Assembly (NCBI GenBank): GCA_002269645.1
Contig: NIVC01004547.1
Span: 1 to 42,378, forward strand
Source of the DNA: Macrostomum lignano
Lineage: Eukaryota
Direction of reading: 5' to 3'
Length of the DNA stretch: 42,378 nucleotides
The position numbers and the translations under genes were made by a program. Numbering within the stretch: the stretch's first letter is position 1; each line of letters opens with the position of its first letter. Below are positions 37,501 through 42,378 of the stretch, in pieces. The notes below the pieces were generated by a model. It ran no database searches. It worked only from the letters and a program-made list of their open reading frames with translations, and had not been told where the DNA came from.

Positions 37501-39080
37501 CTGCGACTGGCTCCATGAAGATTTTCCAGAAGTGTTTTCTTGAGAAGCTAAACTTTTTTTGCTTTCTGTTTTGACAGAAACCTTTTGACAATTTTTTTTG
37601 AGAAGGCCGTCATAGCGAGAAACAACCAAATCTTTAAACGCATTTAGCTCCAGTCATTGTCGATCTCTGGATGCCATTCAATGCCGCTCCCTGTAATATT
37701 CAAGCACACATGAACAGCAGTGCACAACTGAGCTATTTTGTCTGCTCCCGGGCCAATTTACAGTGCTGAAGCAAGTCAAGGAGGAGTTCAAAGACCAGCG
37801 CGGTTGCGAGTTCAAACAGGTGGCCAATGTATTTCCGGTACTGCGCCGCATCGTAAAAAATCTGGTCAATGATAAATTCTGGCCATTGACAATGGGTGTA
37901 TTCGAGAAAATTTGCACCGCAGTGACTGACTACATGGATCAACTGGCCGACGTGAATTTTGGTAAATATCCGCCCTTCAGAGACTACATGAAGGAGAGGC
38001 TGACTAAAAAACAACTACGATCAAGACGGATGCCCGCAAGTGGCTCGAAATTGTCTTGAAAATGGAGGCGACCTGCGTTCAGACCCGGAACCGACAGTTT
38101 AATCGAGTTGGGTGAGAGAGTTTTTACTACTTTCAACATTCAATTTTTAGTTTATGATACATGTAAATGTCATTGGCATTGCCAAAATTTAACGAAACTC
38201 TTTGTCAACGTGTGAATATTTTTACGGTAGAACAGAAGCATAAAACAGCTTATGTATGAAATTATTGAAAATCCTATAGTACTTTGCATAGGCTTCAAAT
38301 ACTTGAATTTGATCATTAATGGAAGGCATCAGGTGATCTGTTTTAAATTCAATAGTACGAACAGTCAGTACGAACTCTACAATCATGACGCTCTTGTGAC
38401 TGTACAATCGTACTACATTATAACGTTGTATCGTCGTGTAACCTGACTTAAATAGCCGTCTACTGTAACAAATAGACGGATATCACCGCAGGACATAACA
38501 TTTTTTGTTTAGCTTAAGTACACTTCGTATGTCATTTGGCCGTCGGTGTAATGTAAAATAGTGATTTTCCATTGCCTGCGATTTATTACTCTAGATAGTT
38601 GCCCTGAGAATTACGAATTTATACTCGTACTACAGCGCAAACCACATAATAAAACCTCTCGATCGTAGTCACAATCCACCTGCACCGCGAGAAAGCTTCT
38701 CCAGTGAAGACCTCCCGGATCATGAAGAAGATGGAGAGCACAGCGCCGCTGATGACATTCCACAGTCGTTTAGACAGAGCATGGACGAAAATGAGCTATT
38801 AATCTATGTACTTCTAACAAAGTACCTGCTCATTCTCGCTGATCAAACTGTTGACAATGTGGCCAAAACAATCCAGTACCAGTTAAGCTACAAGCTGGCG
38901 GAAGAGATGGACTCGATTCACGCGCTCCTGCCCGAGTCCGACACTCTGCATGGGTTGATGAAAAATCCGGAAAAAGAGGATAAGCTACGCAAAGTCAGAC
39001 AACAACTCAAGTTTTGGAGCAATCTGGATGACAAACTAACGCAGCAGACGTCCGAATACAAGAGGGAATCTCGAGCTTGA
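34570..39080 (+). CDS. Mx: Mx/dynamin-like large GTPase (G domain, stalk, GED), 6 exons; one unresolved junction and one 1-bp frameshift, so possibly a pseudogene
   Basis: Exons 34570-34883, 34962-35150, 35822-about 36200, 36556-36799, 37764-38111 and 38669-39080. Motifs [51 protein letters not shown], stalk RGCEF...KMEATCVQT and [23 protein letters not shown]. No PH or proline-rich domain, so Mx-like rather than classical dynamin. Confidence 0.88.
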
Positions 39081-42054
39081 ACGGCATGACTGTATCCGGA
39101 TGATGCCAGGCGCGTCGTCTCTCCCAAATTACAATCTCCGTAGTAACTTTAATTGCACGCATGTACATTGAATAATGTTGTCTTTACTAAATACTTGTTA
39201 TAAATTTCCAATATTTGCTAAAATGATCACTAGAAGTACACTACATGTAGCTATAGTTAAGATCTGATTGTTTAACGAATATTCCGGATAATTAAGTTGG
39301 CATAATATTCAAAGTACGCTTGTATATGTGGAGACAATTGAACCAACGGAGCCAATTTAATACTCGTACTAGTCGATTTTACCAAAAAATACGTTCGTAA
39401 AAATGATATTGTAATATCATTTGATATCTTAAAATCAGTCATTTCATATTCTAAAATATCGTATTTTCATATTATTAATAATATTATAGAGTGACAGATC
39501 AATTTTCATTTAAAACCAGATGTTTTTATTGTTTATTTCCTTTACTGTTTTGCAGGTCTGTTTTAGTCTTTAGCTACATGTGATTGCTTTGATTTATTTA
39601 AGAAAATTTTATTAAAGAAAGAAAGAAAGAGTGTGCGGGCGGCGAGCCCCCACTATACCAGTAGACTTACTAATTCCAGGGGTGTGGTCGAGTGACTTAA
39701 CTTGATTTCGTGCTTCATATTAACCTACCATTAAAGCGAGTGACCTTTTTATTGAGATTTCCTATCGAGCATGGACACAACTATACTAAATATAGCCCAG
39801 TAATCTTCTTAGTGCTTAATTTAGACCTAATACATAAAGAATAAGAGCAAATAAACCATCGTCCCACCTTGAAGACGACCAGCGTCTTCATTCACTAGGT
39901 AGGTCTCTGGTAAGAAAAATCCCTCTAGTCTCTGGCAGTAAAACCATTAGATCAGTTTTTAGAGCAGTCGCGTAACAAAGCATCCAACAAGTACGCAATC
40001 CTTCCCGAACACTAGAACGATCTTGTTGGACTTTTGTTGTTCTCGGTTTGACTTTAGTAGGTTTTATACCCTACTGTTGTTGTACTTCTGATTTTGCCTT
40101 CAATTTTGTTTTAAGTTGCGAATTTTTGTTTTTTTGTGTCTACCTAAACTTTCGTACGAGCGTATTTGAATTTTTGTGCCCCGTTAAATTTATCAAATTA
40201 TTGCTGATTTATTAAAGCTATCGTAATCTCGGAAGCAATTTTTCGATTTTTTGGGACATTTAAAAAGGCTTACTGTGATTATTTGGTGTTTTTATCGTTT
40301 TAGCTGGACTTTAGTCACGCGTCAATAAAATCAGTTGATAGATTCGTCAGCAGATAAATAAAGAATTACCTAATTAATTATTGATACCTAAAGAATTACC
40401 AGATTAATAAAAGATATAGATAATGCTATAGATATTGATTGTTCTGAATCAATTTCATTAGTCAATATTAATTAGAATAGTTATAGTTATAATAGTTAGA
40501 ATCGTTAGGGGCTTTAAAATAAGCCAAAAATAATTACGCTTTCAGAGCTAAATGTGCTAATTCATTTCTTAAAGCTTTCTAGTCGAAGATTATGCCCATA
40601 GCACGAAATGTCGTACCTGCTTAAATCGCAGCCGCTTCGGTATAAAACACAGCATATTCGAATTAGAAAATCTCATTCATTTCAGTAATAGGAATGATTT
40701 TAGCTCGTATTACTGCTGCAATAGGGCTTAAATATTTTACTAATTTGCAATACGATACCATGATTACTTTATCACCATTTTTCTGTAATGAAACATTAAA
40801 ATTTTGCTACTGCCTAATATTAGTAATAAGTGTAGATTGGCTGGCCAATCACTGTTAGCGGGGCCGGGGGGTGCTTGCCGTCGCCCCGTGTTTAGGGTGC
40901 AGACTCTGAGCAAGACGAGCCTTGCCATGCACAGCCTTCAGGACATTCGTAACTGAAAACGGAGAACGAATTGCTGTAAAGCAGATTCAGATTCAAACGT
41001 GTCTGAAGACAGATTGTCGATATAAATATATATCGAATATTATATGTCCCGGTGCTCGTGGTAAAGTAACTCATTATCTTTCAAGACATTTTTTAATTTC
41101 AAGTTTTGTTGTATGCTAAAACTAATTTCTGCAGGTGCCTCCATTTTTACACAGGGGGTGTGTCTCGGGCGAGCCTTCTCATTCACAACCCCCTCGAAGA
41201 TTCTTGTAGAGTTTGCTGCAATGAGATGATGGCGTTTAAAAATTAGCCAGCTGAGCTTTAATTCATGATGGGAACTAGAATACCAGACAAGAACACGAGA
41301 GCTGAAATATACTTGTATCCGTAGAAATTTTTAAGACCGACAGAAACTGTGTTTTTGCTCTCATGATGCTAAACAAAAGGAGGTAATGGCGGTGGATCTG
41401 GGGCTGCTCGAAGACCGCTGAAGCCGCCGATGATGAGCTGGTCTGACAGCTGCGGCAGCGGACTCGCACTGCTTAGCGATGCCGACCTGACTGAAGATGA
41501 CACTGACAGCGACAGCGAGCGACCCGATATCGACACGGATATCTTCACGGAGCGAAGCTGCTTCGAAGTTAGCCGAAGATGGATATCCGTTATGATGTGA
41601 ATCTTATTGTTTTTAATCATGCGGCTAATAATTATACAAATATATATGGTAAGTAACTGTCTAGAAAAATCATGACGAACGACACAGAACTTTCGCATAT
41701 GTCACTGTAATGCAATCAGTTAGTGAGCATGCGATTATCCATCCTCACATGAAACGATGTGATGCCAAAGTTTGCCTGTAAGCCACAAGTAATAAATCAA
41801 GAGAAGTGATCGGTCTGCATTCAAAGCAATTTTAAAGAGCACAAAGCGCAGGCCGCTAACAGTTCACTCAGACCAGGGAAAAAATTTTCACCTTGAGCTA
41901 TCGTTGGAGCTGCATATTGAAAGCAGAATTCTAAGATTGTAGAAAGTATGATGTCGAACTTTTATGATTGAAATGTGGAGATATTTTACTCACAAAAGCA
42001 CTTCAATCCTACGCAGCATAGGGAATCTCAATCGTGACACAGCACAGGGAATTT

Positions 42055-42225
42055 TGTGATAGGGAGGGAGTGAGCGGGAGAGTGGGTGAGAGGGATAATG
42101 GGGGAGAGGGAGTGAGGGAGAGAGAGGGAGAGAGATGAGGAGAGAGATGAGGAGAGAGGAGAGAGGGAGAGTGAGAGGGAGAGTGGGGAGAGGGAGACAG
42201 AGGAGTGTGAGGGAGAGAGAGAAAG
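42055..42225. repeat. GA-rich low-complexity tract
   Basis: Degenerate (GA)n/GAGG runs. Confidence 0.88.
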
Positions 42226-42378
42226 AAAAGATAGTGAAGGAACGCAGAGACACTGGAGCAATGGAATTGGGGACTCTACTCACAATTCAACGATCTCTAT
42301 GAAGGGCACACATGGCGAGTTCGGTTGAGTGCAAAACTCAGCGGCAAGAAATATTAGCAAACTCGGACAAAAAAATGG

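Noticed and set aside
39615-40020. Retroelement 3' end or Penelope LTR (GAAA tract, GAAGACG-CTGGT-CGTCTTC hairpin)
   Set aside because: No coding motif, no complete hammerhead core and no TSD were recognised.

Overview
Eukaryotic, intron-containing genomic DNA. The minisatellite-stuffed introns and gene set suggest an invertebrate; a free-living flatworm such as Macrostomum is my unverified guess. Left to right: (1) the virion-morphogenesis module of a Polinton/Maverick (adintovirus-like) endogenous virus: major capsid protein C-terminal part, adenain-type protease and packaging ATPase. Its frameshifts can all be repaired by single-base changes in homopolymer or doublet runs. (2) A decayed, near full-length non-LTR retrotransposon on the minus strand (ORF1, APE, RT, RNase H; LOA/I-group-like), split by a 1.8-kb insertion flanked by a 4-bp duplication. 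(3) A hAT MITE with an 8-bp TSD that carries its own minisatellite. (4) A DEG/ENaC channel gene with two in-frame stops. (5) An intronless secreted LamG/concanavalin-like protein. (6) A tRNA-derived SINE. (7) Large satellite arrays. (8) Complete cathepsin D (minus) and SCAMP (plus) genes arranged head-to-head. (9) An Mx/dynamin-like GTPase gene with an unusual G4 motif and an acidic L4 loop. By my hand estimate about 9 kb (roughly a fifth) of the window is tandem repeat, and most long ORFs in the supplied track are translation artefacts of these repeats. I found no CRISPR array, rRNA or intact tRNA. All domain calls come from motif recognition by eye, not from database searches.
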